From: an uncultured Actinomycetes bacterium
GTDB taxonomy: Bacteria > Actinomycetota > Thermoleophilia > RBG-16-64-13
Reading direction: 5' to 3'
DNA: 64,000 nt
Assembly (NCBI GenBank): GCA_963841735.1
Contig: CAWJDT010000001.1
Span: 320,001-384,000, forward strand
The stretch's first letter is position 1. Every line of letters begins with the position of its first letter. The notes under the pieces are model-generated. The model was not told the DNA's origin. It searched no databases and was given only the letters and a program-made list of their open reading frames with translations. Position numbers and translations under genes: made by a program. Shown here piece after piece: positions 21,763-32,762 of this stretch.

Positions 21763-22734
21763 TCACCTTGGCAACAACTTAGTGCGATAGCTCATGCTCG
21801 CGATGAACACCACCGCTATAAAGACGACTCCCCTACATGTCTGGATGATTTCCAGGGGAAGCCCCATCATAGTGAGACCGTTAGTCAACACCGTGATGCT
21901 GGCTGCCCCTATCAGGCCCGCATATATGCTGGACCGTGGACCGCCAGTGAGTGGCATGCCGCCCAACACCAGCGCGACAAGCACGTCCGTGCCCAGCGAC
22001 CCCCCGGTGCTGGCCCCCACGGTCCTCGTACGGATGAGAAGCACGAAAGCGGCAAGACCGATGCCTAGCGCACCTAGGAGATAGGAGAGGATGACGGTTC
22101 TCTTGATCGGCAGACCGGTCTGTCGGGCGACGACGCCGCTACCCCCCGTGATCTTGGCGCTCTTGCCAAGGGTGCCGAAGGAAAAGAGCACCCAGCAAAG
22201 GATGAAGAAGCTCCCTAAGGTGGCCACATTGACCACGGTCATCTGCCTGAAGCTGAACAACTGTATCGTGCTGGGTTCGGTGCCCGGGCTGGGGAGCAGC
22301 AGGTTGGCACTGTCGCCCATCACGACAAGAACGATCGCCGTTATGACCATACCCATCACAATGGTGACAATGAAGCTCGGCGCCGACACGTAAGCGGCGA
22401 ACAGACCCTTCAGCAGGCCAAGAGCCAGCGCCGAGCCCACGCAGACCAGGAGCGCCAACCCGATGCTGCCGGTGTTTATTGCCACCGTCCCCCCAAGCAC
22501 GGCACTCAACGACACACATGCGCCCATGGACATATCGATGCTGCCGCTACCGAATACGAAGACGGCCCCGGTAGCGACGAGAGCGGTCACGATCACCTGG
22601 TTCAGGAGACTCTGCAAGTTGGAGATGCCGAGACTGTCCCCGTTGGTGAGCCCAGCGAATAGCGCGAACAGCAAGACGAGGCCGCCGAACGGGGCGAGGG
22701 TCCTTAGTAGCGGGAGTCTCTTCTGGAAATCCAT
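21763..22734 (-). CDS. Sugar ABC transporter permease (RbsC-like)
   Basis: GSIDMSMG, ALVLGGMPLTGG, multiple TM segments. Confidence 0.88.
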   Translation of the reverse strand: MDFQKRLPLLRTLAPFGGLVLLFALFAGLTNGDSLGISNLQSLLNQVIVTALVATGAVFVFGSGSIDMSMGACVSLSAVLGGTVAINTGSIGLALLVCVGSALALGLLKGLFAAYVSAPSFIVTIVMGMVITAIVLVVMGDSANLLLPSPGTEPSTIQLFSFRQMTVVNVATLGSFFILCWVLFSFGTLGKSAKITGGSGVVARQTGLPIKRTVILSYLLGALGIGLAAFVLLIRTRTVGASTGGSLGTDVLVALVLGGMPLTGGPRSSIYAGLIGAASITVLTNGLTMMGLPLEIIQTCRGVVFIAVVFIASMSYRTKLLPR

Positions 22735-22737
22735 CGT

Positions 22738-24300
22738 CTACACCATGACCTCGATGACGCGGTTCTCACTGAGGTCTCTGCTGCGTTCGAACTCGCCGGC
22801 CAGCTTGCCTTCCTTGAGCACCAGCAGGCGGTCGCTCATGCCTATCAACTCCGTCAGCTCCTCGGAGATCATGACGATGGTCTTGCCCTGCTTCTTCATC
22901 TCCGCCATGAGTTGGTACATAGCCGCCTTAACACCTATGTCCACGCCACGGGTGGGACAGTCGAGTATCAGGACCTCGCAGTCACGCCCGACCCACTTGC
23001 CGAACGCCACCTTCTGCTTGTTACCGCCCGAAAGATACTGAACATTCTGATCCATCGACGAGCACTTGATGCTGAGGCTGTCGATCTGCCGGTTCACGTA
23101 TTCCTTCTCCGGTTTCGGCCAGATGAGGCCAAGTGCGTTCCTCAACTTGTCCAGAGCAGCAGAGGCTATGTTGTCTCGGATACTGGCGGTGAGAACCAAC
23201 GCTTCCCGGTCCCGGTCCTTCGACACATAGCCCAGCCCACACTTCACCGCCACCTGCGGATCGTCGATCTTGGTACCGCTGGGAAGATGCCGCACCTCAC
23301 CCGTAAGTAGCCTCTCTTCGCCGAACAACACCTTGCCCAGCTCGTGCATGCCACAGTGAGACAGACCGCCGATGCCAAGGATCTCGCCCTTGTACACCTT
23401 CATCGAGAAGTTCATCAGTAGACCTGAGCCGGATGTGACCTCGATGGCTTCAAGTACGACCTCTGCTCCGCGACTCGCCTCGTAGTCGTCGCGGTAGTAT
23501 TCACCCTTCATCTCCCGACCCACCATGAGGCGCTTGATGTCGTCCTCTATCATCTGCGCCTTGTCCAGAGTGGCGATGAGCTTGCCGTCCCTGAGCACGG
23601 TCAGAGAGTCGCAAAGCCCGATGAGTTCTTCGAGGTCGTGAGAGATGAAGACGACGGCCTTGTTGTCGTCGCGCATCCTCTTCATGATGCCGTAGATGAT
23701 CTCGCGGCCCTTTTGCGACAGGGCAGTCGTGGTCTCGTCCACGATCAGGAGTTCGGGATCGTCGTGCATCACCCGAGCGATCTCCACGAGTTTCCTGTCC
23801 TGCAGGTCCAGCGAATCGATGGTGGCCGCAGGGTCAACGCCCTCCAGACCGATATCCTCCAAAGCCTGCTTTGCCGCCCTGTTCATCGCCCCGGCACTGA
23901 TGAAGACAGGCAAGCGCCCTAGTGACTTGCGAAACTTGTCCTCTTCGCCAAGAAAGATGTTCTGCGCGACAGAGATGCCCGGTACGTAGCCCTGCTCCTG
24001 GACAATCATGCCGATGCCGCTCTTGGCCGCTTCGATCATGGTCGCGGGCTTGTGGCGCTGGCCCTTGAAGAACATCTCACCCCGCGTGGGAGGCTGCATT
24101 CCCGCGATGATCGATCCGATAGTGGACTTGCCCGAGCCGTTCTCGCCCACCAGGCCCATGATCTGACCCCGGTAAAAGCGCATGTCGACCTCGTCCACCG
24201 CTACTGTGGGCCCGAAAGTCTTGACCAGCCCTTTCGTCTCCACTATTAGTCTGTCGTCTATGTCGCCCGGTGTTCCTATGTCACGACCTTCGGTTTCCAC
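22738..24300 (-). CDS. Sugar ABC ATP-binding protein with two NBDs (RbsA/AraG-like)
   Basis: GENGSGKST, LIVDE, ISHDLEE, LSGGNKQKV, PTRGVDIG. Confidence 0.92.
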   Translation of the reverse strand: METEGRDIGTPGDIDDRLIVETKGLVKTFGPTVAVDEVDMRFYRGQIMGLVGENGSGKSTIGSIIAGMQPPTRGEMFFKGQRHKPATMIEAAKSGIGMIVQEQGYVPGISVAQNIFLGEEDKFRKSLGRLPVFISAGAMNRAAKQALEDIGLEGVDPAATIDSLDLQDRKLVEIARVMHDDPELLIVDETTTALSQKGREIIYGIMKRMRDDNKAVVFISHDLEELIGLCDSLTVLRDGKLIATLDKAQMIEDDIKRLMVGREMKGEYYRDDYEASRGAEVVLEAIEVTSGSGLLMNFSMKVYKGEILGIGGLSHCGMHELGKVLFGEERLLTGEVRHLPSGTKIDDPQVAVKCGLGYVSKDRDREALVLTASIRDNIASAALDKLRNALGLIWPKPEKEYVNRQIDSLSIKCSSMDQNVQYLSGGNKQKVAFGKWVGRDCEVLILDCPTRGVDIGVKAAMYQLMAEMKKQGKTIVMISEELTELIGMSDRLLVLKEGKLAGEFERSRDLSENRVIEVMV

Positions 24301-24339
24301 GTCCCGAGATTGTGCCCGCGCCTGCTCTTCGTTTGCCGG

Positions 24340-24405
24340 ATACTAGAGGCTGAAACCTCGCTTGTCAACAAGGACACTTCTCATTTCTAATTGTGAAGTG
24401 CAATG
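24340..24405 (-). promoter_or_regulatory. SigA promoter with a conserved upstream 22-bp element (copy 2)
   Basis: Minus strand TTGACA-17-TAGTAT (24340..24368). Element TTTCTAATTGTGAAGTGCAATG at 24384..24405. Confidence 0.65.
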
Positions 24406-24454
24406 TCATATGTTGTACTGTATTCCTTTGTGCGCTCAGGTCTTCTGTTGGCCA

Positions 24455-24470
24455 ATGTGCGCGTTAACAT
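24455..24470. promoter_or_regulatory. LacI-type operator, putative AraR site
   Basis: ATGTGCGCGTTAACAT, which matches the two araA/araR intergenic palindromes. Confidence 0.6.
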
Positions 24471-24488
24471 GCCTAATGCATTTGCAAG

Positions 24489-26948
24489 CTAGACCACTTC
24501 CCCCGAAATGTCAACCTTGTAGACCAAACCTTGTTCCTCTCCGGTCCAGATCACGCAGGCGGAGGCCGTCAGCCCCCCGGCGCTCGCCTTCACTCGGATC
24601 TCTCCAGCCTCGCCGGCGCTGCGGATTATCGCCAGAAGACGTCCCTGGAACGCCCGACCGCGCTCGGCGTTATGTGGACCTTCAAAGACCGGGTCTGCGG
24701 TCCCCAGAGCTATCAGTTCGCCCACCCCGTCCACCTCCACGGTGACCTCCTCCGACCGGTCGGACTTCACCACCGCTCCCTCGCTGTCGACGATCTCCAC
24801 CGTGACGTACACCAAATCGCCATGACTCGCCCTGATGGTCGTTCGATCAGGAGTCAGGCGCAAGGCACACGGCGCGCCGGCAGTCTTCAGCTCTGTTCTA
24901 CCCGTCTCCCGGCCGCCCGCGAATGCGACTGCCGTGATCGTCCCCGGTTGATAGGTGACCTCAAACACGGACTTGTTCTCGGAACTCGCGCCCGCCGGGC
25001 GACGGCCTACCGAGACACCGTTCAAGATGAGCTCCACTTCGTCGTCGGCGGAGTAGACCTCCACCCGAGTAGGCTTGCCTTCCCACCCTGGGAAGGTCCA
25101 GTTGTCGCTCACCGGCTCCCATCCCCACGGGGTGAAGCTGAGCTTCTTGCCGTGGAGCCGCGGATCGAAGACGCCGATGTAGGGGGCCTGCCGCACACCC
25201 CACAGGATGTCGCGGAAGTACGACTGCGGACGTTTGAAGCCGCAGATGTCCAAGTCGCCGCAGTTGGCCAGGTAATAGGGCCAGGGATCCTGAGCGAAGA
25301 ACAGACCCGCGGGCGCATCGACGTACACCTTGCCGACGCCCGATTCACCCCGGTAGTCGATGGCGGTCCACACGAAATCGCCAATCACGTTGGGCTGGCG
25401 GACGGTGTCGTTCCAAGTGGCGTAGGCCCTGAGGGGAAAGGTCTCGGTACCGCATATCACTCGGTCGGGGAAATGCGCCTGGTCGAATTCGTAGCGACTG
25501 TTCATGTAGTTGTAGCCGGCGACATCAAGCGGAGCAAGGAAGGCCGAAGTGAGCTTGCCCCAGCGGTCGCTCTGAGGGTCGGCCGGCGGACGGTTGTGAC
25601 TCTCGAAGAAGTCTTCCGTATCGCCCGGCTCGGCTTCCCCGGTGGCGAGAGTCTCCTCGAAGAGAGTCGCGAGCGCCACCGTGACCGGGCGGGTGCTGTC
25701 CAAGGCGCGGACGTAGTCGGCCTGTTTGCGGCACCACGTGTAGCCGTCCGAGATACCGGTACGCTCGGGCACTTCGTTGCCTACCGACCACATGATCACC
25801 GACGGGTGGTTGCGGTCGCGCTTGACCATCGACTCGGTGTCGCGCTGCCACCAGTCTTCGAAGTGCAGGTGATAGTCGTTGGGGTTCTTCCCCATGCGCC
25901 AGCAATCAAAGGTCTCGTCGATCACCAGCATGCCCAGCCGGTCACAGGCATCCAGCAGCGCCGGCGCGGGCGGATTGTGTGCCGAACGAAGGGCGTTGAA
26001 CCCAGCCGCCTTCAGCAGCTCCACCTTGCGCTCTTCGGCTCGGTCGTAGCTGGCCGCTCCAAGCAGACCATGATCGTGATGGACGCAGCCGCCGCGCAGC
26101 TTCATGGGTACGCCGTTCAGGCGAAACCCATTCTCCGCGTCCACGGCGATAGAGCGGATGCCAAAGCTGGTCGTCTCTGCATCTAACACCTCGGAGCCAT
26201 CCAAGACTTCGCTGGTCAAGGAATACAGTTGAGGATCATCGACCGACCACAATCTGGCATCCGTCACTTCCAGAGCCTGCTCAACAGTCGCCGTCGAATG
26301 CGCGGGGATTTCAGCCGACGCCTCTGTCAGCCCCACCCGCTTACCTGTGGAGTCCTTCACGGTCGTGCGCAGAACGATCTTGGCCGAGGCACCCGTGTCG
26401 TTGGCGATCTCTGTCGAAACAGCCACTGACGAGACCGCAGGGCCCACCTGCGGGGTGGTCACGCACACCCCCCAGGGCTGGATGCGGACCTCAGCACCGC
26501 TCCGCAGCCAGACGTGCCGGTAAATGCCGGTGCCGCTATACCAGCGCGAATTGGGTTGCGCGCTGTTGTTGGCCACCACCGTGATCTCGTTCTCTGCCCC
26601 GTAGAGCAGATATGGCTTGATATCGACCAGGAAGCTCGTGTATCCGTAGGGATGAAACGCAGCCAGATGCCCATTCACAAGAACTTGGGCATTCATGTAG
26701 ACGCCTTCAAACTCCAGGTAGACGCTACGATCCCTCCAAGCCGCGGGAACCTGCAGTGTCTTGCGGTAGGCGACTACTCCGCTCCAGGCGAAACCCCCAC
26801 TCGACCCAGTCGGGTTTTGATGCTCACGTGACCTCGAGATAGACGCATCATGGGGAAGAGCAACCGGACGCCAGTTTCTGGACGGACGGGGGAACGTACC
26901 CACCTCATCGGTGTACTCCCACCCGAAATCGAACAGCTGTCTCTCCAT
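24489..26948 (-). CDS. GH2 glycoside hydrolase (beta-galactosidase-like)
   Basis: EFEGVY, RWYSGTGIYR, RSAHNP, DRNHPSVIMWSVGNE (acid/base), GTET (nucleophile), WTAIDYRGE. Confidence 0.92.
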   Translation of the reverse strand: MERQLFDFGWEYTDEVGTFPRPSRNWRPVALPHDASISRSREHQNPTGSSGGFAWSGVVAYRKTLQVPAAWRDRSVYLEFEGVYMNAQVLVNGHLAAFHPYGYTSFLVDIKPYLLYGAENEITVVANNSAQPNSRWYSGTGIYRHVWLRSGAEVRIQPWGVCVTTPQVGPAVSSVAVSTEIANDTGASAKIVLRTTVKDSTGKRVGLTEASAEIPAHSTATVEQALEVTDARLWSVDDPQLYSLTSEVLDGSEVLDAETTSFGIRSIAVDAENGFRLNGVPMKLRGGCVHHDHGLLGAASYDRAEERKVELLKAAGFNALRSAHNPPAPALLDACDRLGMLVIDETFDCWRMGKNPNDYHLHFEDWWQRDTESMVKRDRNHPSVIMWSVGNEVPERTGISDGYTWCRKQADYVRALDSTRPVTVALATLFEETLATGEAEPGDTEDFFESHNRPPADPQSDRWGKLTSAFLAPLDVAGYNYMNSRYEFDQAHFPDRVICGTETFPLRAYATWNDTVRQPNVIGDFVWTAIDYRGESGVGKVYVDAPAGLFFAQDPWPYYLANCGDLDICGFKRPQSYFRDILWGVRQAPYIGVFDPRLHGKKLSFTPWGWEPVSDNWTFPGWEGKPTRVEVYSADDEVELILNGVSVGRRPAGASSENKSVFEVTYQPGTITAVAFAGGRETGRTELKTAGAPCALRLTPDRTTIRASHGDLVYVTVEIVDSEGAVVKSDRSEEVTVEVDGVGELIALGTADPVFEGPHNAERGRAFQGRLLAIIRSAGEAGEIRVKASAGGLTASACVIWTGEEQGLVYKVDISGEVV

Positions 26949-26963
26949 GTCCTGTGCCGCCTC

Positions 26964-27650
26964 CTATTGCCCGTAGTAGGCGCCTGCGCCATGTTTGCGC
27001 AGGTAGTGCTTGTCAAGCAATGTCTGCTGCATCGGCGGAGTCTGAGTGTCCAACGCCAGTGTGTGCCAGGCCATAAAAGCTATTTCTTCCATCATGGCGG
27101 CGATCTCAACGGCCTCCGCTGGCGATGCCCCCCAGCAGAACGCGCCGTGACTGTGAACAAGTGCGGCCGGGATCCTTCTGTGATCGATGTCCTGGAAGCG
27201 CTCCGCTATGACCTTGCCCGTATTCAGCTCATAGCCTTCGCGGATCTCTTCGTCCTTCATCGGCCGCGTGCACGGTATCTCGCCGTAGAAGTAATCGGCA
27301 TGAGTCGTACCAAGCGCGGGGATGCCCGTCCCGGCCTGCGCAAACACCGTCGCCCAACGGGAATGCGTGTGCACGATGGCACCGATATCGGGGAACGCCT
27401 TGTAGAGCACGAGATGACTGGGCGTGTCCGAGGACGGCTTGAGCTTGCCCTCGATAGTGCCACCATCGAGATCGACGAGCACGATGTCTTCCTCCGTCAG
27501 CTCGTCATACTCCACGCCCGATGGCTTGATCGCCACAAGACCGCGCTCCCTGTCGATGCCCGACACATTGCCCCAAGTGAACGTGACCAACCCATGCTTG
27601 GGCAGCGCCAGATTTGCCTCCAGGACCTGCTTCTTGAGCTCTTCCGGCAC
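26964..27650 (-). CDS. araD: L-ribulose-5-phosphate 4-epimerase
   Basis: [44 protein letters not shown]. Confidence 0.95.
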   Translation of the reverse strand: MPEELKKQVLEANLALPKHGLVTFTWGNVSGIDRERGLVAIKPSGVEYDELTEEDIVLVDLDGGTIEGKLKPSSDTPSHLVLYKAFPDIGAIVHTHSRWATVFAQAGTGIPALGTTHADYFYGEIPCTRPMKDEEIREGYELNTGKVIAERFQDIDHRRIPAALVHSHGAFCWGASPAEAVEIAAMMEEIAFMAWHTLALDTQTPPMQQTLLDKHYLRKHGAGAYYGQ

Positions 27651-29125
27651 TAGAGATCCCTCAGCTTCCATAACGTGTCCGAAACCGCGAGACGAGTCTT
27701 CAGCTCATCAGCGCGCGTTTCCGCCGTCAAGTGCACGAACTCTACACCCATGATATCGGCCCAGTCCTCCAGCGTCTGTGCGCCGGCCGCGTATGTCAAC
27801 ACTGTGTGGTGCGCGCCGCCTGCCTGGATCCAATGGCGGATACCTTCGACAAGCCCGGCCTTCGGACGCCACATGACCCGCGCCACCGGCAGATTGGGCA
27901 TCTCGAAGAGGGGCTTCACGCACTCGACGTCTTGCACGATCAGTCGCAGTCTGCCGCCCATGTCGATCAGCGAGATGTTGATCGCGTCGCCCGCCTGTCC
28001 TTCGAACACCATCCTCGCGGGGGCATCCTTGCCTCCTATGCCCAGCGCATGCACCTCGATGCGTGGCTTGGCCGCGGCGATAGTGGGACAGACCTCCAGC
28101 ATGTGCGCGCCGAGGACATACTCGTTGCCCTGCTCGAAGTGATAGGTGTAGTCCTCCATGAAGCTGGTGCCACCCTCGAGCCCCTGAGCCATCGCCTTGA
28201 CGAGGTAGGTCATCGCCGCGGTCTTCCAGTCGCCTTCGCCACCGTAGCCGTAGCCCTTCTCCATCAGGCGCTGCGAAGCCAGACCGGGAAGCTGTTCCAT
28301 GCCCCACAGATCCTGGAACGAGTTGGAGTAGGCGCTCGCGCCTTCGCGCACGAGGATGCGCTCCATGGCGATCTCTTCTTTGGCCTGGTAGCGCACCGCG
28401 GCTAGATCGTCGGTGGCGACGACGTACTTGTCCCGGTACTCATCAAGCAAGGCCTCGACTTCTGCTTCGGTCACCCTGCCGATCTCGTCCGCCAACTCGC
28501 CCACCGGCCAGGTGTTCACCTGCCAGCCCAGCTTGATCTGAGCCTCCACCTTGTCGCCCTCGGTGACCGCCACCTCGCGCATGTTGTCGCCAAAGCGCAC
28601 CACACGGAGGTCGCGGCTCATCTTGCAGCCCACCGCCGCGCGCATCCACTCGCCCAACTCCTTGAGCGGTTCTTCGTCCTGCCAGTAGCCTACGACCACC
28701 TTGCGTGGCAACCGCATCCGCGAGCCTATGAACCCGTGTTCGCGATCCCCGTGCGCCGCCTGATTGAGGTTCATGAAGTCCATGTCGATCTGTTGGTCGG
28801 GGATCGACCGGTTGTATTGCGTGGCGAAGTGGCACCACGGTTTCTGCAGGAGGGCGAGACCGTTGATCCACATCTTGCTGGGAGAGAAGGTGTGCGCCCA
28901 GGTCACGACCCCGCAGCAGTTGTCGTCATAGTTCGCCTCTTTGACGACTTTCGTGACTTCCTGCGCGGACTTGATCGTTCCCTTGTATACAAACTTGCAG
29001 GGAATAGGCGGGGATTCGTTGATGAACGCCGCCATCTCCGCTCCCCGTGCCGCTACTGTCTCGAGCACCTCAGCGCCGTACATGAGCTGCGAGCCCACGA
29101 CGAACCAGACTTCTTGTGCCTTCAT
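27650..29125 (-). CDS. araA: L-arabinose isomerase
   Basis: [47 protein letters not shown]. Confidence 0.96.
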   Translation of the reverse strand: MKAQEVWFVVGSQLMYGAEVLETVAARGAEMAAFINESPPIPCKFVYKGTIKSAQEVTKVVKEANYDDNCCGVVTWAHTFSPSKMWINGLALLQKPWCHFATQYNRSIPDQQIDMDFMNLNQAAHGDREHGFIGSRMRLPRKVVVGYWQDEEPLKELGEWMRAAVGCKMSRDLRVVRFGDNMREVAVTEGDKVEAQIKLGWQVNTWPVGELADEIGRVTEAEVEALLDEYRDKYVVATDDLAAVRYQAKEEIAMERILVREGASAYSNSFQDLWGMEQLPGLASQRLMEKGYGYGGEGDWKTAAMTYLVKAMAQGLEGGTSFMEDYTYHFEQGNEYVLGAHMLEVCPTIAAAKPRIEVHALGIGGKDAPARMVFEGQAGDAINISLIDMGGRLRLIVQDVECVKPLFEMPNLPVARVMWRPKAGLVEGIRHWIQAGGAHHTVLTYAAGAQTLEDWADIMGVEFVHLTAETRADELKTRLAVSDTLWKLRDL

Positions 29126-29154
29126 GCCCCGCCTACCATTGTTCGCATTGACGT

Positions 29155-29170
29155 ATGTTCACGCTAACAT
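29155..29170. promoter_or_regulatory. LacI-type operator, AraR site 1
   Basis: ATGTTCACGCTAACAT, an imperfect palindrome with central CG, between the divergent araA and LacI genes. Confidence 0.7.
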
Positions 29171-29197
29171 AACTCCACTGGATTTTGTAGCGATTGG

Positions 29198-29213
29198 ATG
29201 TTAGCGTTAATAT
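29198..29213. promoter_or_regulatory. LacI-type operator, AraR site 2
   Basis: ATGTTAGCGTTAATAT. Confidence 0.7.
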
Positions 29214-29262
29214 CGTTCGTCGGCAGTAGATCCTGCACCGAGTCGCGTACCTAGGAGTCAAC

Positions 29263-30306
29263 ATGCCTCAGAGTGAGCGCCGCCGGCCGACTATGGTGGA
29301 TGTCGCTCGTCTGGCCGGGCTATCCCACCAGACCGTCTCGCGAGTACTTAACGATCAACCGGGGGTAGTACCGGAGACACGCGAACGCGTCCTTGCGGCG
29401 ATAGAGGAGCTCGGATATCGCCGTAACGCTTTTGCCCGCGCGCTGGTCACCAGCAAGACTCGGCTGCTGGGCGTCATAGTCTTCGGGACCTCGTGGTATG
29501 GACCTTCGGGCACACTCCACGGCATCCAGCTGGCGGCACGCGAGGCCAAGTACTTCGTCACGGTAGTGGACCTCGACAAGCTGACCAACGCGACAGTGAA
29601 ACGGGCTCTCCACGTTCTTACCGAGTACTCGCCCGATGGCATCGTAGTCATCACTCTCAAGCGCACTGTAAGCGATGCGCTCAGAGAGATGGCGCTGGGC
29701 ATCCCGACGGTAGCCGTCGAAGGTGGGGAGGGGACACCCGACATACCCGTGGTCTGTGTCGGCCAAGAAGAGGGCGCGCGTCTCGCGACGGAGCACCTGC
29801 TTGCCCTCGGACACTCCACGGTGCATCACCTCGCGGGCCCTGTCGACTGGCTCGAGGCCGAAGCACGCATTAGAGGCTGGCGATCTTGCCTTGAGACAGC
29901 TGGGGTATTGCCCCCTCCGATAGTGCGAGGCGATTGGAGTTCACGCTCCGGCTACGAGGCCGGCTTGAAACTACTCAAACAGCCGGATGTCACCGCGGTG
30001 TTCGCGGCGAACGACCAAATGGCTCTGGGCCTGCTGATGGCTTGTCGAGAGACCGGCGTCCGGGTGCCGGAAGACATCAGCGTGGTCGGGTTCGACTGCA
30101 TGCCCGAGTCAGAGTTCTTCGCACCTCCCCTGACGACGGTGGTACAGGACTTTCAGGAGGTCGGCCGCACGAGCATCCAACTGCTGCTTAGCATGATCGA
30201 CCGTGAGGGCGCCCCCGTCTCGCGCTCGGTGATCGCCCCGACGCTTGTCGTCCGCGCCAGCACAAGCCGGCCCCGAGAGACCGGGGCGGGCCCGAACACG
30301 GCATAA
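29263..30306 (+). CDS. araR: LacI-family repressor, probable AraR
   Basis: TMVDVARLAGLSHQTVSRVLN HTH; VPEDISVVGFD...PPLTTV; located between araA and araB. Confidence 0.88.
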   Translation: MPQSERRRPTMVDVARLAGLSHQTVSRVLNDQPGVVPETRERVLAAIEELGYRRNAFARALVTSKTRLLGVIVFGTSWYGPSGTLHGIQLAAREAKYFVTVVDLDKLTNATVKRALHVLTEYSPDGIVVITLKRTVSDALREMALGIPTVAVEGGEGTPDIPVVCVGQEEGARLATEHLLALGHSTVHHLAGPVDWLEAEARIRGWRSCLETAGVLPPPIVRGDWSSRSGYEAGLKLLKQPDVTAVFAANDQMALGLLMACRETGVRVPEDISVVGFDCMPESEFFAPPLTTVVQDFQEVGRTSIQLLLSMIDREGAPVSRSVIAPTLVVRASTSRPRETGAGPNTA

Positions 30307-30321
30307 GGGAGACGAGAGACC

Positions 30322-31992
30322 ATGCGCCCCCATGCATCTGAACCCACCTACACCGTCGGGATAGACTTCGGGACGCTGTCGGCCCGCGCTCTGGTCGCCC
30401 GAGTCCAAGATGGGGCCGAGATGGGCAGCGCCGTTTGGGAGTACCGGCACGGAGTCGTCGACGAGGTGCTCCCCACCACCGGCGAACGCCTGCCTCCTGA
30501 CTGGGCGCTACAAATTCCGGAGGACTGGCGGCAGGCGCTGCGCATGGCCGTTCCGGCGGCCCTGCTTGACGCCGGAGTCGATCCGCGCGATGTCGTCGGC
30601 GTTGGCACGGACTTCACGGCCTGCACGGTCATGCCCACACTTCGTGACGGCACGCCCTTGTGTGAGCTGGACGAGCTCCGCGAGCGGCCGCACGCCTACC
30701 CGAAACTCTGGAAGCATCACGCCGCGCAGCCTTGGGCGGACCTGATCAATGAGGTCGCCCACAAACGCGGCGAACCGTGGATCGCACGTTACGGCGGCCG
30801 GATCTCCTCGGAATGGGAGTTCGCCAAGGCGCTCCAGATCCTCAATGAGGACCCGCCGCTCTACCATCGTATCGAGCGATGGATCGAGGCGGCCGATTGG
30901 ATCATCTGGCAGCTCTGCGGCGTAGAGACGCGCAACATCTGCACCGCCGGATACAAGGGCATCTACCAGGATGGAACGTGGCCCTCGCGCGACTACCTGG
31001 CGGCACTGTCGCCGGACTTCGTCGACTTCGTCGACGACAAGCTGGCCCACCCCCTGTCGCCCCTTGGCGGGCGAGCGGGTTCGCTCACAGCCCAGGCGGC
31101 CGCATGGACGGGCCTCCCTGAGGGCATCGCGGTAGCCGTCGGCAACGTCGACGCCCACGTGACCGCCCCAGCCGCTCAAGCTGTGCAGCCGGGCCAGATG
31201 CTGGCCGTCATGGGCACGTCCACCTGCCACGTCATGAACAGCGACGTACTCGCGGAAGTGCCTGGCATGTGCGGCGTCGTCAAGGACGGCATCGTCCCCG
31301 GGCTCTGGGGCTACGAAGCCGGCCAGAGCGCGGTGGGCGACATCTTCGCTTGGTTCCTGGAGACAAGCGTACCCGGCTCTTACGCTGAAGCCGCGGAAGC
31401 GAACGGCGTCAGCCTGCACGATCACCTGACGGGCCTAGCCGCCGGCCAGGCGATCGGTGCGCATGGACTGGTCGCCCTCGACTGGCACAATGGCAACCGC
31501 TCTATCCTGGTGGATCACCACCTGAGCGGAGTCATCGCGGGCCTGACTTTGGCCACCCAGCCCGAAGATGTCTACCGCGCGTTGCTGGAATCCACCGCCT
31601 TCGGAACGCGCACGATCATCGAAGCCTTCGAACAGCACGGGGTCACAGTCGAAGAGCTTGTGGTAGCCGGCGGACTGGTCAAGAACGAACTCCTGATGCA
31701 GATCTACGCCGACGTGACCCGCCGCCCCCTCAGTGTCGTCCGCTCCGACCAAGGCCCGGCGCTTGGTTCGGCCATCCACGCCGCGGTCGCCGCCGGCGCA
31801 TACCCCGACGTGTTTGCGGCCTCGGCGGCCATGGGCAAAGTAGAGAAGGGCGTGTTCGTCCCGGTCGAGTCTAGGGCGAATGCCTACGACGCGCTCTACG
31901 AGCAGTACGCGCGTTTGCACGACTACTTCGGGCGCGACTCCGAGGTGCTGCACCGGCTTCGAGAGATCCGCGATCAGACCGTGGGCAGGTGA
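30322..31992 (+). CDS. araB: L-ribulokinase (FGGY family)
   Basis: GIDFGTLS, DFTACT, KLWKHH, NVDAH, MGTSTC, EAGQSAVGD, DWHNGNRS. Confidence 0.93.
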   Translation: MRPHASEPTYTVGIDFGTLSARALVARVQDGAEMGSAVWEYRHGVVDEVLPTTGERLPPDWALQIPEDWRQALRMAVPAALLDAGVDPRDVVGVGTDFTACTVMPTLRDGTPLCELDELRERPHAYPKLWKHHAAQPWADLINEVAHKRGEPWIARYGGRISSEWEFAKALQILNEDPPLYHRIERWIEAADWIIWQLCGVETRNICTAGYKGIYQDGTWPSRDYLAALSPDFVDFVDDKLAHPLSPLGGRAGSLTAQAAAWTGLPEGIAVAVGNVDAHVTAPAAQAVQPGQMLAVMGTSTCHVMNSDVLAEVPGMCGVVKDGIVPGLWGYEAGQSAVGDIFAWFLETSVPGSYAEAAEANGVSLHDHLTGLAAGQAIGAHGLVALDWHNGNRSILVDHHLSGVIAGLTLATQPEDVYRALLESTAFGTRTIIEAFEQHGVTVEELVVAGGLVKNELLMQIYADVTRRPLSVVRSDQGPALGSAIHAAVAAGAYPDVFAASAAMGKVEKGVFVPVESRANAYDALYEQYARLHDYFGRDSEVLHRLREIRDQTVGR

Positions 31993-32280
31993 GCGGTTGG
32001 CACTCAAGCGACCACTTCGGTATAATGGAACACGGTTATCGCCAATGTCGGTTGTCGTCGTGTATTGTGAGATTCAGTCGACTATCGGTGAGGCGGGCGC
32101 CGGTGAGTAGGCGATGGACAGAGGGGCCGCAAATTCTCACTTGAGACTGGGGTAAGGGGTGATGCGATTGTCGATGCCTTGACCACCATGCCGTCTCCAT
32201 CAACCAACACACTTGCTCTGGGGTATCCTTACAGTGGCAAGGACAGGTTAATTCGAATCAATCACAGAAGGAGAACATCA

Positions 32281-32730
32281 ATGAAGAAGCTGTATTCACT
32301 AGGGCTGCTGGTTCTGGTACTGGTGCTGGTTGGCACCACGGTCGTAGCTTGCGGAGGCACCGACGAGACCACGACCACCGCCGCTCCGACTACCGTCGCA
32401 CCGGAAGTCACCGATACGACCATGGCTGAAGTCACCGACACGACCGCGGGCGGCGCTGTTGGCACCGAGATCGGTGTCTACTTCGAAGACCAGGGCAACA
32501 ACGTGGTCAAGGTCACCGACGTGCCCGCGCCGGGTCTGGCGTTCCCCATGTCCACCGAGGGCGACTTTGCCGCCACGATGGAAGCTTTTGACGCAGCCGG
32601 AGCCAGCCTCGGTCTCCTCGAGACCACGACTGGTCTGCTGGACTACTCCTCGGTTGCCGACACGGCCGCCACGATCGTTGTCACGACTTCTTCCGCTACC
32701 GTGTTCACATACGAGGTTCCCGCCAAGTAG
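32281..32730 (+). CDS. Small Thr-rich lipoprotein of unknown function
   Basis: AAGGAG RBS, MKK signal, lipobox VVAC, Thr-rich linker with tandem EVTDTT (32404..32421 and 32428..32445). Confidence 0.75.
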   Translation: MKKLYSLGLLVLVLVLVGTTVVACGGTDETTTTAAPTTVAPEVTDTTMAEVTDTTAGGAVGTEIGVYFEDQGNNVVKVTDVPAPGLAFPMSTEGDFAATMEAFDAAGASLGLLETTTGLLDYSSVADTAATIVVTTSSATVFTYEVPAK

Positions 32731-32762
32731 TATCACCTCGGAGCAATCCGACCGCTTCTGCT

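Noticed and set aside
32100-32200. Possible c-di-GMP-I riboswitch (GGGGCCGCAAA resembles part of the motif)
   Set aside because: I could not find the GNRA-capped P2 stem or the receptor pairing; the match is too weak.
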